Shown: piece by piece, positions 28,657 to 39,235 of the stretch
How positions within the stretch are numbered: the stretch's first letter is position 1
Layout: every line of letters begins with the position of its first letter
From: an uncultured virus (IMG/VR IMGVR_UViG_3300032298_000389)
Lineage: Duplodnaviria > Heunggongvirae > Uroviricota > Caudoviricetes
Direction: 5' to 3' (one strand)
Length of the DNA stretch: 64,000 nt
Virus record (IMG/VR): IMGVR_UViG_3300032298_000389
Made by a program: the position numbers and the translations under genes
Notes under the pieces: generated by a model
Databases searched by the model: none
The model's input: only the letters and a program-made list of their open reading frames with translations
What the model was told of the DNA's origin: nothing

Positions 28657-31401
28657 ATGCAAGTATATAACGCATTACAGGCAAAAAAAGGTGCTAAGAC
28701 TGAACAAAATAGGTTAGGTAGTATAACTCAACCATTACAGTTTTTACCTAAAAAAGACAAAACAGAAGAATGGGCTGCATGGAATCTTGACTGGTTAGAG
28801 TGGCAAGGATTAAAACAAATCCGTAGAAATGCTAGAAGGTTAATGAAAAATTATAAACTAGCAAAAGGTGTAATAGATAGATCAGATTATATAATTGAAG
28901 AAGATAATGAATACAGAGAAGTTGTAGAAATTTTAACTAAAGAAGATGTATCTGCACTTGAATTAAAATTTTATCCTATTATTCCTAATGTAGTTAATGT
29001 TCTAGTAGCTGAATTTGCAAAAAGATCTACTAAACTTACTTACCGTGCTATTGATGATTTCTCATATAATGAGATGATGGAGCAAAAAAGAGGTATGGTA
29101 GAACAAACATTAATGGCAGATGCTGCAACTAAAATGTTAGCAGCAATGTTAGAACAAGGTTTGGATCCAAATTCTGAAGAAGCAAAACAACAATTACAAC
29201 CTGAGAGTTTAAAATCATTACCTGAAATAGAACAGTTCTTTAAGAAGGATTACAGGTCTATGGTAGAACAATGGGCTGAACATCAACATAAAGTAGATGT
29301 AGAAAGATTTAGAATTGATGAACTTGAAGAGAGAGGATTCCGTGACATGTTGATTACTGATAGGGAGTTCTGGCATTTTAAGATGATGGAAGATGATTAT
29401 GAAGTAGAGTTATGGAACCCAGTTCTTACATTTTATCATAAATCTCCAGACATCAGATATACATCTCAAGGAAACTGGGTAGGTAAAACTGATATGTTTA
29501 CTGTGTCAGATGTTATAGATAAGTTTGGACATGTCTTAACTGAAGAACAACATGAAGCATTAGAATCAGTTTATCCTATTAGATCTGCTGGTTATACAAT
29601 TGGTGGTCTTCAAAATGATGGTGCATTCTATGATGGAACAAAATCTCATGAGTGGAATACTAATATGCCGTCACTTGGATATAGACAGTATACATCATTT
29701 ATGGCAGGAAATGTACTGGATGGATCTGATATAATAACTCAAATTATTTCTGAAGGGGAAGATTATTATGATCAAGGTACTGCATATCTATTAAGGGTAA
29801 CTACATGTTATTGGAAATCACAACGTAAAGTAGGACACTTAACTAAGATTACAGAAGAAGGTGAAGTAACAAATGATATAGTTACTGAAGACTATCAAAT
29901 TACAGATAAACCAATTTATGATACTAGACTCTTTAAAAATAAGAATAAAGATAACTTATTATTTGGAGAACATATAGATTGGATATGGATTAATGAAACA
30001 TGGGGTGGAGTAAAAATAGGACCTAACATTCCTTCATTTTGGGGTATGAATAATCCTGGTGGATTTTCTCCAATATATTTAGGAATTGACAGAAATCATA
30101 TTAGTCCACTTAAGTTTCAATTTAAAGGAGAAAATACATTGTATGGATGTAGACTTCCTGTAGAAGGTTCTGTCTTCTCAGATAGAAATACAAAGTCTAC
30201 AGCTTTAATTGACTTAATGAAACCATACCAGATTGGATATAACATTGTCAATAATCAGATAGCAGATATACTAGTAGATGAGTTAGGTACAATTATTATG
30301 CTTGATCAGAATTCATTACCTAGACACTCATTAGGAGAAGACTGGGGGAAAGGTAACTTGGCCAAAGCATATGTTGCAATGAAGAACTTCCAGATGTTAC
30401 CATTGGATACTTCTATTACAAACACTGAAAATGCATTAAACTTTAATCACTTCCAGAAACTTGATCTATCTCAGACAGAGAGATTAATGTCTAGGATACA
30501 GTTGGCTAACTACTTCAAACAACAAGCATATGAAGTAATAGGTGTTAACCCTCAAAGAATGGGTCAACAGTTATCTCAACAAACTGCTACCGGAGTAGAA
30601 CAAGCTGTTGCTGCTTCTTATGCACAAACAGAAACTTACTTCATACAACACTGTGATTATTTAATGCCAAGAGTTCATCAAATGAGAACTGATTTAGCTC
30701 AGTTTTATCATTCTACTAAACCATCTGCAAGATTAACATATCTAACATCTGCAGATGAGAAAGTAAATTTTGAAATTAATGGTACTGATCTTTTACTTAG
30801 AGATCTTAATATTTCAATAAGTACAAATGCAAATCATAGAGCTATTTTAGAACAATTAAAACAAATGGCTCTTCAGAATAACACTACTGGTGCTAGTGTG
30901 TATGACCTTGGTAAAATTGTTCAATCTGATTCTATTGCTTCACTTAATGTTGTTCTTAAAGATGCTGAACAAAAACAACAAGCACAAAAACAACAAGAGA
31001 TGCAACAGCAACAACAAATGCAACAAGAACAACTTCAAAAACAACAAGAGATTGAACAAATGAAGATTGATGCTACTGCTGCAGAGAAGGAGAAAGATAG
31101 ACAAAGAGATATCTTAGTTGCAGAAATCAGAGCTGCAGGTTATGGTTCTATGGCCGATGTTAATCAAAATCAAGAATCAGATTTTAGAGAAGCAATGAAA
31201 GAGATCAGAGAAACAGAACAGTATCAAGATCAATCTGGATTACAAAGAGAAAAAGAATCTAACAGAATGGTAATTGAAAATCAAAAAACTCAATTAGAAC
31301 GTGAAAGACTACAGACTGATAAAGAGATTGCAGAGAAACAATTACAGATTGCACAAGAAAACAAAAATAAATATGATTTAAAGTCAAAGAAAGAAAAATA
31401 A
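28657..31401 (+). CDS. Portal protein
   Basis: 914 aa directly after TerL; YPIIP, SLIDLMKPYQ-like segment and Gln-rich coiled C-terminus. Confidence 0.85.
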   Translation: MQVYNALQAKKGAKTEQNRLGSITQPLQFLPKKDKTEEWAAWNLDWLEWQGLKQIRRNARRLMKNYKLAKGVIDRSDYIIEEDNEYREVVEILTKEDVSALELKFYPIIPNVVNVLVAEFAKRSTKLTYRAIDDFSYNEMMEQKRGMVEQTLMADAATKMLAAMLEQGLDPNSEEAKQQLQPESLKSLPEIEQFFKKDYRSMVEQWAEHQHKVDVERFRIDELEERGFRDMLITDREFWHFKMMEDDYEVELWNPVLTFYHKSPDIRYTSQGNWVGKTDMFTVSDVIDKFGHVLTEEQHEALESVYPIRSAGYTIGGLQNDGAFYDGTKSHEWNTNMPSLGYRQYTSFMAGNVLDGSDIITQIISEGEDYYDQGTAYLLRVTTCYWKSQRKVGHLTKITEEGEVTNDIVTEDYQITDKPIYDTRLFKNKNKDNLLFGEHIDWIWINETWGGVKIGPNIPSFWGMNNPGGFSPIYLGIDRNHISPLKFQFKGENTLYGCRLPVEGSVFSDRNTKSTALIDLMKPYQIGYNIVNNQIADILVDELGTIIMLDQNSLPRHSLGEDWGKGNLAKAYVAMKNFQMLPLDTSITNTENALNFNHFQKLDLSQTERLMSRIQLANYFKQQAYEVIGVNPQRMGQQLSQQTATGVEQAVAASYAQTETYFIQHCDYLMPRVHQMRTDLAQFYHSTKPSARLTYLTSADEKVNFEINGTDLLLRDLNISISTNANHRAILEQLKQMALQNNTTGASVYDLGKIVQSDSIASLNVVLKDAEQKQQAQKQQEMQQQQQMQQEQLQKQQEIEQMKIDATAAEKEKDRQRDILVAEIRAAGYGSMADVNQNQESDFREAMKEIRETEQYQDQSGLQREKESNRMVIENQKTQLERERLQTDKEIAEKQLQIAQENKNKYDLKSKKEK

Positions 31402-31489
31402 CTTAGCTATATATTACAATTTATTTTTCTACACCTTTTAAATTTTTAAAATTTATTTTGTATATTAAACTATAAACAAAACCAACAAC

Positions 31490-32761
31490 ATGGAAACAAC
31501 CAACAAAAAACCTGAAGATCAGGTACAAGATTCTACAGCGGTAGAACAAGTAGATGTAAATATTGATGAGATCTTTGGTATGCCGGGAGCAGAAAATGTA
31601 ATGCTTCCATCAGGTGCAGAAGAAGATAAACCTAAATCACTTTTCTCTACTGAAAAAAAAGTAGATACTACGTTCTTTGACAAACCATCTGACACTGCAA
31701 AAACTAAAGATGACACTGCTGAAAACAAAGAAGTAGAAATTGAAGAGACAATTAATGAACTCAATGATTTAATTTCTCAAGAAGAAGATGCTGGAAATAA
31801 AGGAAGACCTAAAGTAGATAAATCTGGTCTTTATGATTTAGCACAAAAAATGATTGAGGAAGGAAGTCTAATACCTTTTGATGATGATAAAGCATTAGAA
31901 GATTATACTACTAAAGATTTCAGAGAGTTATTTGAAGCAAACTTTGCAGAAAGAGAAGATGAAATTAGAAGGAATACTCCAAGAGAATTCTTTGAAGCTT
32001 TACCTGAAGAACTTCAGATTGCTGCAAAATATGTAGCTGATGGTGGACAAGATCTTAAAGGTTTATTTAGAACTCTTGCTCATGTAGAAGAAATGAGACA
32101 ACTTGATCCTGAAGATGAACATGATCAAGCAGAAATTGCAAGACAGTATTTATATGCTACTGGATTTGGTACACCTGAAGAAATTGAATCTGAGATTCAA
32201 GATTGGAAAGATTTAAATAGATTAGAACAAAAAGCTAATCAGTTTAAACCAAAACTTGATGCAATGCAAGAAGAAATTATTGAAAGAGAACTTGCAGAAC
32301 AGGAAGAGAAAAAACAACAACAGGCACAACAAGCAAGAGCATACCAAGAAAATGTTTATAAGACATTGGCTAATGGAACAATTGGTGGTATTAGACTTGA
32401 TAAGAAAGTTCAAGGTTTATTATTCTCGGGATTAGTACAACCAAATTACCCTTCTATTTCAGGAAAACCAACCAACCTACTTGGTCACTTACTAGAGAAG
32501 TATCAGTTTGTAGAACCAAGACATGACCTAATTGCAGAAGCACTTTGGTTACTTGCAGATCCAAATGGATATAAAAATAGAGTAAAAGAACAAGGTGGTA
32601 AAGCAGCTACAGAAAAAGTAGTAAGACAATTAAAAACGGAACAGTCTAGAAAACTTACTTCATCAGTAAATGACCAATATGACGAACCAACAAGAAGACC
32701 TTCTTCTAATACATCACAACCTAGAAAACTTTCTAAGGCTAGTATGTTTAGAAGATTTTAA
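31490..32761 (+). CDS. Probable capsid scaffolding protein
   Basis: Acidic and helical; between portal and capsid genes. Confidence 0.6.
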   Translation: METTNKKPEDQVQDSTAVEQVDVNIDEIFGMPGAENVMLPSGAEEDKPKSLFSTEKKVDTTFFDKPSDTAKTKDDTAENKEVEIEETINELNDLISQEEDAGNKGRPKVDKSGLYDLAQKMIEEGSLIPFDDDKALEDYTTKDFRELFEANFAEREDEIRRNTPREFFEALPEELQIAAKYVADGGQDLKGLFRTLAHVEEMRQLDPEDEHDQAEIARQYLYATGFGTPEEIESEIQDWKDLNRLEQKANQFKPKLDAMQEEIIERELAEQEEKKQQQAQQARAYQENVYKTLANGTIGGIRLDKKVQGLLFSGLVQPNYPSISGKPTNLLGHLLEKYQFVEPRHDLIAEALWLLADPNGYKNRVKEQGGKAATEKVVRQLKTEQSRKLTSSVNDQYDEPTRRPSSNTSQPRKLSKASMFRRF

Positions 32762-32788
32762 TTAGTAACAATTTAAAAACAAATAAAA

Positions 32789-34405
32789 ATGGCAACTCCA
32801 ATTTTAAACAATGGTATCTTTCTACGGGATACAGCTTATCAAGCAAGTTCACACGTAGACTCTTACCACTTGGTTAACATGTTGAAGGATGCAGAACCTA
32901 TGGATCTGGGCCCAGTAGACCTTTGGGCTATGGCACAGAAAGTAGAGATGCCTCTTTATCAAATGTCTAGCTTCGGTGGTAAAAATGTAATCATGGTAGA
33001 CAATGCTCGTGGAGAGTATAGATGGCAGACTCCTGTATCTATAGATCTTCCTTACATTGTTGAAGACATTGAACCCAATGTTGCTTTCAAAGGTACAGAT
33101 GGTTCTACTTTCCGTATTAAACTTAACAGACGTGAATTTGGACATGGTGATATCATCACTTATGACAAATATAACGGAGTTGAGATGTACATTACTGATG
33201 AAGACATCTTACCTATAGGAGATGGTTTTATCTATACTGTACAGTTAGTAAACAACGATAACTTCAAGTTTTTAGATAACAAGTACTTGACTAATGGTAC
33301 TAAAGTATTCCGTAAGGGTTCTGCTCGTGGGGAATATGGTGAAAGATTCTCTGACATCACTACAAGAACTTCATTCCGTGAGTTCTATAACTTTGTTGGT
33401 GGTGCTGAAGCTCACGTACATTATTCAGTATCTTCTAGAGCTGACTTGATGATCAAAGGTGGAATGAATGCAGATGGTACAGTTCCTGTAACTGAGATCT
33501 GGAGAACATTTGATAAAACTATGGATCCAGCTGTATCTTCATTAGAGGATATGATCAAAGTAATGGGTAAAGATAAAGTTAAACGTGCATTTGACAACGG
33601 AGACTTATCTAGAACTTTCTTAACTCAAATGGAAGCTGCTCACTTATCTAAAGTAGCAACTGATATTGAGACTTACTTAATGTGGGGACAAGGAGGTAGA
33701 GTACGTCAAGATGGTCCAGATGATATTAGATTATCTGTGGGTCTTTGGAGACAGTTGGATAACTCATTCAAAAGAGTATACAACAAAAATAACTTTACAT
33801 TGGATTTATTCCGTGGAGAGATCTACAACTTCTTCAATGGTAAGGTTGAGTTCCAAGGTCCAGATCCAAAACGTAGCTTAGTTGTACAAACAGGTATGGG
33901 TGGAATGAGAATGGTAAATGAGGCTATCAAAAGAGAAGCAGTTGCTTCTGGTCTATTAATTCAGGCTGCTGATATTGGTGCAATCACTGGTAAAGGTATG
34001 GACTTGAACTTTGGATTTGCTTATACTTCATATGTAATTCCATTCTTGGCAAATGTTAAGTTTGTTCTTAACCCAGCATTTGACAATATCCATACAAATG
34101 ATATTGAGAACCCAATCATTGATGGTTTCCCATTATCATCTTACTCATTCATTATCTTTGATATCACTGACAATACTAACGACAACATCTTCTTGTTAAA
34201 ATTGTCTTGGGATAATCAATTGAAATGGTGGTATCAAAATGGTACTATGGACTACATGGGACGTACACAAGGATTCCAGTCTTCTGGTCAATTCAATGGG
34301 TACCGAGTTATGATGTCTCAAACTATGCCTGCAATTTGGGTAAAAGATCCAACTAAGGTATTGAAGATTGTTATGAGAAACCCGGTAACTGGTGGATCAT
34401 TCTAA
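32789..34405 (+). CDS. Major capsid protein
   Basis: 538 aa at the canonical position; highly-expressed-type codon usage (CGT, TTC, AAC); followed by a strong terminator. Confidence 0.85.
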   Translation: MATPILNNGIFLRDTAYQASSHVDSYHLVNMLKDAEPMDLGPVDLWAMAQKVEMPLYQMSSFGGKNVIMVDNARGEYRWQTPVSIDLPYIVEDIEPNVAFKGTDGSTFRIKLNRREFGHGDIITYDKYNGVEMYITDEDILPIGDGFIYTVQLVNNDNFKFLDNKYLTNGTKVFRKGSARGEYGERFSDITTRTSFREFYNFVGGAEAHVHYSVSSRADLMIKGGMNADGTVPVTEIWRTFDKTMDPAVSSLEDMIKVMGKDKVKRAFDNGDLSRTFLTQMEAAHLSKVATDIETYLMWGQGGRVRQDGPDDIRLSVGLWRQLDNSFKRVYNKNNFTLDLFRGEIYNFFNGKVEFQGPDPKRSLVVQTGMGGMRMVNEAIKREAVASGLLIQAADIGAITGKGMDLNFGFAYTSYVIPFLANVKFVLNPAFDNIHTNDIENPIIDGFPLSSYSFIIFDITDNTNDNIFLLKLSWDNQLKWWYQNGTMDYMGRTQGFQSSGQFNGYRVMMSQTMPAIWVKDPTKVLKIVMRNPVTGGSF

Positions 34406-34422
34406 TCCGACTCTATATATAC

Positions 34423-34452
34423 AGGGAGGGGGAAACTCCTCCCTATTTTTTT
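34423..34452 (+). terminator. Intrinsic terminator after MCP
   Basis: AGGGAGG...CCTCCCT followed by a T-run. Confidence 0.8.
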
Positions 34453-34487
34453 AAATTTAAAAACCAACAAAACAAAAACCAACAAAA

Positions 34488-35510
34488 ATGGAAACAACAG
34501 ATTTTACAATGGTTGAAGTAGGAGTAGGCAGCATCAAAAAAACAAATATTGCTGTTAGACCTTACTTTGACAAACAGGCTACTAACATGGGGTTAGAAGA
34601 GTATGGAATGAGTTTATTTGACGGAGTAACTCATAATGAACAACTTGCTTGTTTAGAACTAAATGGAGTAATAAGATATATTACAGGACTAAATGAATTT
34701 GCTCCTGAAATTAAATTATTATCACCTGAAGTTAGAGAAGCAAGAATCAGAGAAATAAGAACTTCAGTAGCTGAATTAGAAAAAGAATTAGCAGCTAACA
34801 TTCTTGATCTAGAAGATAAAGATTTCTGGAACAATGTAAAGTTACTTAAACCTGATAATAGAGAGTTTTGGAATAAGATAGAAATGTCATGTGGTAATGA
34901 ACCAGTATATCTTGATCCATTAAAACCATTTGATAGAATTAAACTTCATGCTATTGAAGCAGGAGGATTTGCAATGATTGCAAAAAGTTTTGATGATGCA
35001 AGATCAAAAGCAGTTCCACCTAAGTTCTATTTAGATAAAGAAGAAGAAACTGTAATGGTAAGAACAGAGTACAAAAAACTCCGTAATAAAGCTTACTCAG
35101 AGTTACAAAAATTATATGATAAAAACAGTACTAAATTATTTTACATTGCTAAAGTTGTAGATGCAAATAGTTCTCAGTATAGAAAATCAACTCAATTGGA
35201 TGTTATCTATGAAAACATGGATAGATATATTGCAGGTGAAGGAGCTGAGAATAACAAAGAAAGAGCAGCAAAAACATTTATTGATGCAGTTAATTTAGAC
35301 ATGGAATCATTAAAAATTAAATCAATTGTTAAAGATTCCAGTTTTTTTAAGTATATTATTAATAAGGCAGATGGATATATTTACCATGCTAAGACAAATA
35401 GCTTACTTGGAAGAAATGTATCTGATGTAATTGAGCACTTGAAAAATCCTTTAAATGAGGATATTTTAAAAGATTTAATTATCTCCTGTGAGAAGTATTG
35501 GAACACTTAA
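34488..35510 (+). CDS. Conserved capsid-module protein following MCP
   Basis: Position typical of crAss-like capsid blocks. Confidence 0.7.
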   Translation: METTDFTMVEVGVGSIKKTNIAVRPYFDKQATNMGLEEYGMSLFDGVTHNEQLACLELNGVIRYITGLNEFAPEIKLLSPEVREARIREIRTSVAELEKELAANILDLEDKDFWNNVKLLKPDNREFWNKIEMSCGNEPVYLDPLKPFDRIKLHAIEAGGFAMIAKSFDDARSKAVPPKFYLDKEEETVMVRTEYKKLRNKAYSELQKLYDKNSTKLFYIAKVVDANSSQYRKSTQLDVIYENMDRYIAGEGAENNKERAAKTFIDAVNLDMESLKIKSIVKDSSFFKYIINKADGYIYHAKTNSLLGRNVSDVIEHLKNPLNEDILKDLIISCEKYWNT

Positions 35511-35522
35511 AATTAAAATAAA

Positions 35523-35684
35523 ATGGCAAAGGGTATTACAAACATATATAAAAAAGGACGATGTATTAATACGTGTCCTCCAGGTACAAAATTAAATCCT
35601 GTAACTTGTGACTGTGTAAAAATAGTAGGAGTGGAACCTCCTAAAGGTAAAAAAGGAATGATTATTAAATCTAAAAAAAAATAA
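35523..35684 (+). CDS. Small basic Cys-containing protein (53 aa)
   Basis: Manual translation MAKGITN...CPPG...CDC...KKK. Confidence 0.55.
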   Translation: MAKGITNIYKKGRCINTCPPGTKLNPVTCDCVKIVGVEPPKGKKGMIIKSKKK

Positions 35685-35685
35685 A

Positions 35686-35856
35686 ATGAAAGCTGCTAAT
35701 GTGACTAAAACAAAGTCTAAAAAGTTGATGGGTGCTGATAAGACTCCTGGTGGAAAAACAGGTGGTACTAATCCTCCACTTAAAAAACAAACTACTCCTA
35801 AAGGAAAAGTTGGTGGTATATCTAAAGCTCCTAATAAAGCAAAACCTTCTTGTTAA
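35686..35856 (+). CDS. Small basic protein (56 aa)
   Basis: Manual translation MKAANVTK...GGKTGGTN. Confidence 0.55.
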   Translation: MKAANVTKTKSKKLMGADKTPGGKTGGTNPPLKKQTTPKGKVGGISKAPNKAKPSC

Positions 35857-35861
35857 GAACA

Positions 35862-36017
35862 ATGGGTAAAGATATGATAAAAAGAAAAGACGGTAGTTAT
35901 TCCCAGAGAGGTCTCTGGGATAACATCCGTGCTAATAAGGGTTCTGGAAAAAAACCTACTAAACAAATGTTACAACAGGAAAAGAAAATTAAAGCAACTA
36001 CTAAAAAGAAAAAGTAA
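35862..36017 (+). CDS. Small basic protein (51 aa)
   Basis: Manual translation MGKDMIKRKDGSYSQRGLWDNIRA... Confidence 0.6.
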   Translation: MGKDMIKRKDGSYSQRGLWDNIRANKGSGKKPTKQMLQQEKKIKATTKKKK

Positions 36018-36241
36018 TGGCTATTAAAAAAACAACAACTAAAAAAGCACCTGTAAAGAAAGCATCTACAGGTATGACTGTTTCTGCTACACCAAAAGCA
36101 GAAATGAGAAAATGGGAAGTTGAATCTGCACTGAGTACTTTAAAGAGAGCAGATGAGATCCGTAAAGATACTAAGATGATGACTGATATTAAGAAATTAG
36201 CTCAGGAACAAATGAATGTATTAAAAACATTTAGTAAATAA
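36017..36241 (+). CDS. Small basic protein
   Basis: ORF track. Confidence 0.65.
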   Translation: MAIKKTTTKKAPVKKASTGMTVSATPKAEMRKWEVESALSTLKRADEIRKDTKMMTDIKKLAQEQMNVLKTFSK

Positions 36242-36243
36242 TC

Positions 36244-36414
36244 ATGGCAAAGACAGCAATTAATTATTGGGGACTAGCAGATGAATATGCTACCTCAAAA
36301 CATAAAATGGAAAAAGGTGATGATATTTCTAAATATGAAAGATATGAAGAAGTTAAAGAAGCTTATGAAGCTGGATTTTTGAAAGCTATGGAATTATTAA
36401 AAAGTGAAGACTGA
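36244..36414 (+). CDS. Small protein (56 aa)
   Basis: Manual translation MAKTAINYWG...AYEAGF. Confidence 0.55.
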   Translation: MAKTAINYWGLADEYATSKHKMEKGDDISKYERYEEVKEAYEAGFLKAMELLKSED

Positions 36415-36695
36415 TGGCAAAGACAGCAGCTTGGACAAGAAAAGAAGGTAAAAATCCAGAAGGTGGTCTTAATGCTAAAGGTGTTGCAAGTTATAGAAGA
36501 GAAAACCCTGGTAGTAAACTTAAGACAGCTGTAACTACAAAACCTTCAAAACTTGATCCTGATAGTAAGTCTGCTAAAAGAAGAAAGAGTTTCTGTGCTA
36601 GGATGAGTGGTATGAAGAAAAAATTAACCAGCAGCAAGACAGCTAATGATCCTAATTCAAGGATCAACAAGTCTTTAAGAAAATGGAATTGTTAA
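36414..36695 (+). CDS. Small basic phage protein (DUF6321-like)
   Basis: AWTRKEGKNPEGGLNAKG...RRKSFCARM...SLRKWNC. Confidence 0.7.
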   Translation: MAKTAAWTRKEGKNPEGGLNAKGVASYRRENPGSKLKTAVTTKPSKLDPDSKSAKRRKSFCARMSGMKKKLTSSKTANDPNSRINKSLRKWNC

Positions 36696-36710
36696 TTTAA
36701 TATATGTATT

Positions 36711-37343
36711 ATGAAAAAATGTATGTCAGGTTGTGGTGGTAAGATGATGTCAAAAGGTGGCAAAGTTGCACCAGTAAAAATAAAAAAAATGTCAACTGGT
36801 GGTTCATCAAATCCATGCCCAAAAGGATATCATGTAAATGAAGCTGGGGGATGTTCAGAAAATATGTTCCATACTTTAGGTTCTAAAATTGGTCTTGGTA
36901 TTCCTCTTACAGGTGCTGCAGCTATAGCAACTGATGCTATAGTAAAAGGAATTAAAAAATTCAATGAAAAAAGAAAAACTAAAAAAGCAGCAAAAGTTGC
37001 ATCAAAAACAACAACTACTACTGAAGAAAAAAGAAGAGGTGGTGCTATGTATAAATCTGGTGGTATTGCAAAACAAACTATTGTTGCATTTCCAGGATAT
37101 AATGCACGTACAGATACCATGAAAAAAGGTGGTTCAACTAAAAAGTTTGCAGCACTTGCACCTCCATATGATAAAGCAACCTATGCAGATAAAATTGTTG
37201 GTGCAAAGAAAAAAGCTAAATTTGGTGCATCAGTTCCAGTACAACATTCTCCAGCTCCAGGTAGAGTTAGATCTTCTTCTGGTATGGGTACAGTACCTGT
37301 AGGAACTCGTAAACAAAAGGGTGGTTCAATTAAAAGAAAATAA
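36711..37343 (+). CDS. Basic low-complexity protein with repeated xxGG motifs
   Basis: MSKGG, STGG, KRRGG, KSGG, KKGG, QKGG. Confidence 0.7.
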   Translation: MKKCMSGCGGKMMSKGGKVAPVKIKKMSTGGSSNPCPKGYHVNEAGGCSENMFHTLGSKIGLGIPLTGAAAIATDAIVKGIKKFNEKRKTKKAAKVASKTTTTTEEKRRGGAMYKSGGIAKQTIVAFPGYNARTDTMKKGGSTKKFAALAPPYDKATYADKIVGAKKKAKFGASVPVQHSPAPGRVRSSSGMGTVPVGTRKQKGGSIKRK

Positions 37344-37345
37344 TT

Positions 37346-37492
37346 ATGGCAGAAAAGAAGGATAAGAAGTGGATACAAAAAGCAGTTAACCCTAAACATA
37401 AAGGTTACTGTACTCCAATGTCTAAACCTACTTGTACTCCTAAGAGAGCAGCTCTTGCAAGAACATTTAAAAAAATGGCTAAAAATAAATAA
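37346..37492 (+). CDS. Small basic protein (48 aa)
   Basis: Manual translation MAEKKDKKWIQKAV...RAALARTFKKM. Confidence 0.6.
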   Translation: MAEKKDKKWIQKAVNPKHKGYCTPMSKPTCTPKRAALARTFKKMAKNK

Positions 37493-37493
37493 C

Positions 37494-37838
37494 ATGAAAA
37501 ATAAAAAAGAACATCCACTAACTTTTTTTAGAAAAGCTAATGAAGCTAGACAAAAACTAGTTAAAAAATCTTTTGGTGGTCCTGGATCAGAACTTACAGC
37601 TGGTCCTTTGGATGAAAATACTTCAAAATATTTAGATAATAGATATGCAGGTAAATCAAATAATCCTGTCTTAGAAAAAGCTATGAAAACTGATCATGAA
37701 CGTCTATTTAGAAATCCAGAATTAAGAGATTATTTTAATGCTGGACCAATGGTTACTAAAGAAGAGGCTATGACTGTTAAACCTGAGCAGGGTTATAAAA
37801 AAGGTGGAACTGTATCAAAAGCTAAAAAAAGAAAATAA
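37494..37838 (+). CDS. Basic hypothetical protein (start MKNKKEHP)
   Basis: ORF track, trimmed; contains YKKGG. Confidence 0.6.
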   Translation: MKNKKEHPLTFFRKANEARQKLVKKSFGGPGSELTAGPLDENTSKYLDNRYAGKSNNPVLEKAMKTDHERLFRNPELRDYFNAGPMVTKEEAMTVKPEQGYKKGGTVSKAKKRK

Positions 37839-37841
37839 GTC

Positions 37842-38540
37842 ATGCTTAATAGTACTATTACCATAAAGATGAAACAAAGGATCAATAAACTTGACAGTCA
37901 AGATTATGATAACATAACTTGCTGGCAGGTTGTTGAATCTTTTAATAAAGCTCAGGTAGAATGGGTACGAAGACAACTTCATGGTGTTAACCTTACTAAA
38001 GAAGGTGATGAACAATCAACTAGAAGAAAAGATGACTTACAAAAGTTATTAATAAAAGAACCATTATCAGCTGTAAAAAAAGATATTTACTACGAAGGAA
38101 ATATTCCAGGAGATTATCTTCAATGGAAAAGAGTAGATATTTATGCTACAAAAGATTGTTGTGATAAAAGAAGAATGACAGTTTATCTTGGAGAAGAAGG
38201 AAATCTTAATCAACTTCTTAGAGATAAATCAAAACAACCTAACTTTGAATGGGCAGAAACTTTTGCAACTCTTATAAATGACACAGTTCATCTATATACA
38301 AATGGAGAGTTTGATATATCTGAAGCATTTCTTACTTACTATAGACAACCTAGAAAAATTGAAGTAACCGGATGTTCAGATCCATATACAGGGATTACTT
38401 CTACTACAGAAGTAGAATGTGAGTTTAAAGATGATATAATAGAATTAATAATTGACGAAGCAGTGAGTATATTAGCTGGAGACATAGAGTCAGGAAACCA
38501 GTTCTCTAGAACTCAAGAATCTGCAGAAAGAAGTAACTAA
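37842..38540 (+). CDS. Putative head-tail connector/ring protein
   Basis: FNKAQ...LTYYRQP...IIDEAV pattern and position. Confidence 0.6.
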   Translation: MLNSTITIKMKQRINKLDSQDYDNITCWQVVESFNKAQVEWVRRQLHGVNLTKEGDEQSTRRKDDLQKLLIKEPLSAVKKDIYYEGNIPGDYLQWKRVDIYATKDCCDKRRMTVYLGEEGNLNQLLRDKSKQPNFEWAETFATLINDTVHLYTNGEFDISEAFLTYYRQPRKIEVTGCSDPYTGITSTTEVECEFKDDIIELIIDEAVSILAGDIESGNQFSRTQESAERSN

Positions 38541-38542
38541 TT

Positions 38543-39157
38543 ATGGAAGCAAAACCAAGATCTTTAAAAAGACCAACTAATACAGTTGTGGGATTAGAAA
38601 ATAAACATATGGATATTTCTAAACCTAGTGAAGGTACTACAACAGAAGTTCCTACAACTAAAACAAAGAATCCTCTACTAGATGATTCATGTGCTAGTTA
38701 TCTTAACTATAGAATACAACAAGAAGAATATTCAGCAAGAATATATCTATCAATGTCTATGTGGTTAAACAATGAAGGTTACATGGGTGCAGCAGCATTA
38801 TGGAGAACATACTCAGATGAAGAAATGAAACATGCTGATATAGCAAGAAAGTATATGTTGTCATTTGGTATCCAACCGGCTACACCTAGATTAGATCAAC
38901 CTAAACAAACATTTTCAGGTCTTCCTGAAATTATTAAGATGTCATTTGAACATGAAATAGAAGTATCTAAACAAATAAAAGAAATGGCTAATCATGCATT
39001 GTCTGATGGTGATCATATGTTGTATGAATTGTGTCTAGCTTATCTTAAAGAACAAGTAGAAGAACATGACAAAACTCAAACTTGGATGGATAAATTAGAA
39101 GCATTTGGTACAGACAAACTTGCCCTTAGATTACTTGATAATGAAATGGCCGGATAA
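38543..39157 (+). CDS. Ferritin-like protein
   Basis: E..SARIYLSM, EEMKHA, EHE and EQVEE ferroxidase-type motifs. Confidence 0.85.
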   Translation: MEAKPRSLKRPTNTVVGLENKHMDISKPSEGTTTEVPTTKTKNPLLDDSCASYLNYRIQQEEYSARIYLSMSMWLNNEGYMGAAALWRTYSDEEMKHADIARKYMLSFGIQPATPRLDQPKQTFSGLPEIIKMSFEHEIEVSKQIKEMANHALSDGDHMLYELCLAYLKEQVEEHDKTQTWMDKLEAFGTDKLALRLLDNEMAG

Positions 39158-39235
39158 ATTTTTTTAAAAGTTTTGTTATTTCAAAAACTTTTAGTATATT
39201 ATAGTATATTTATTTATTAACAAAAACAAAAAACA

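Noticed and set aside
26444..34405. Introns or inteins in terminase, portal or capsid genes
   Set aside because: The ORFs are uninterrupted, and no intein splice motifs or homing endonuclease domains were seen
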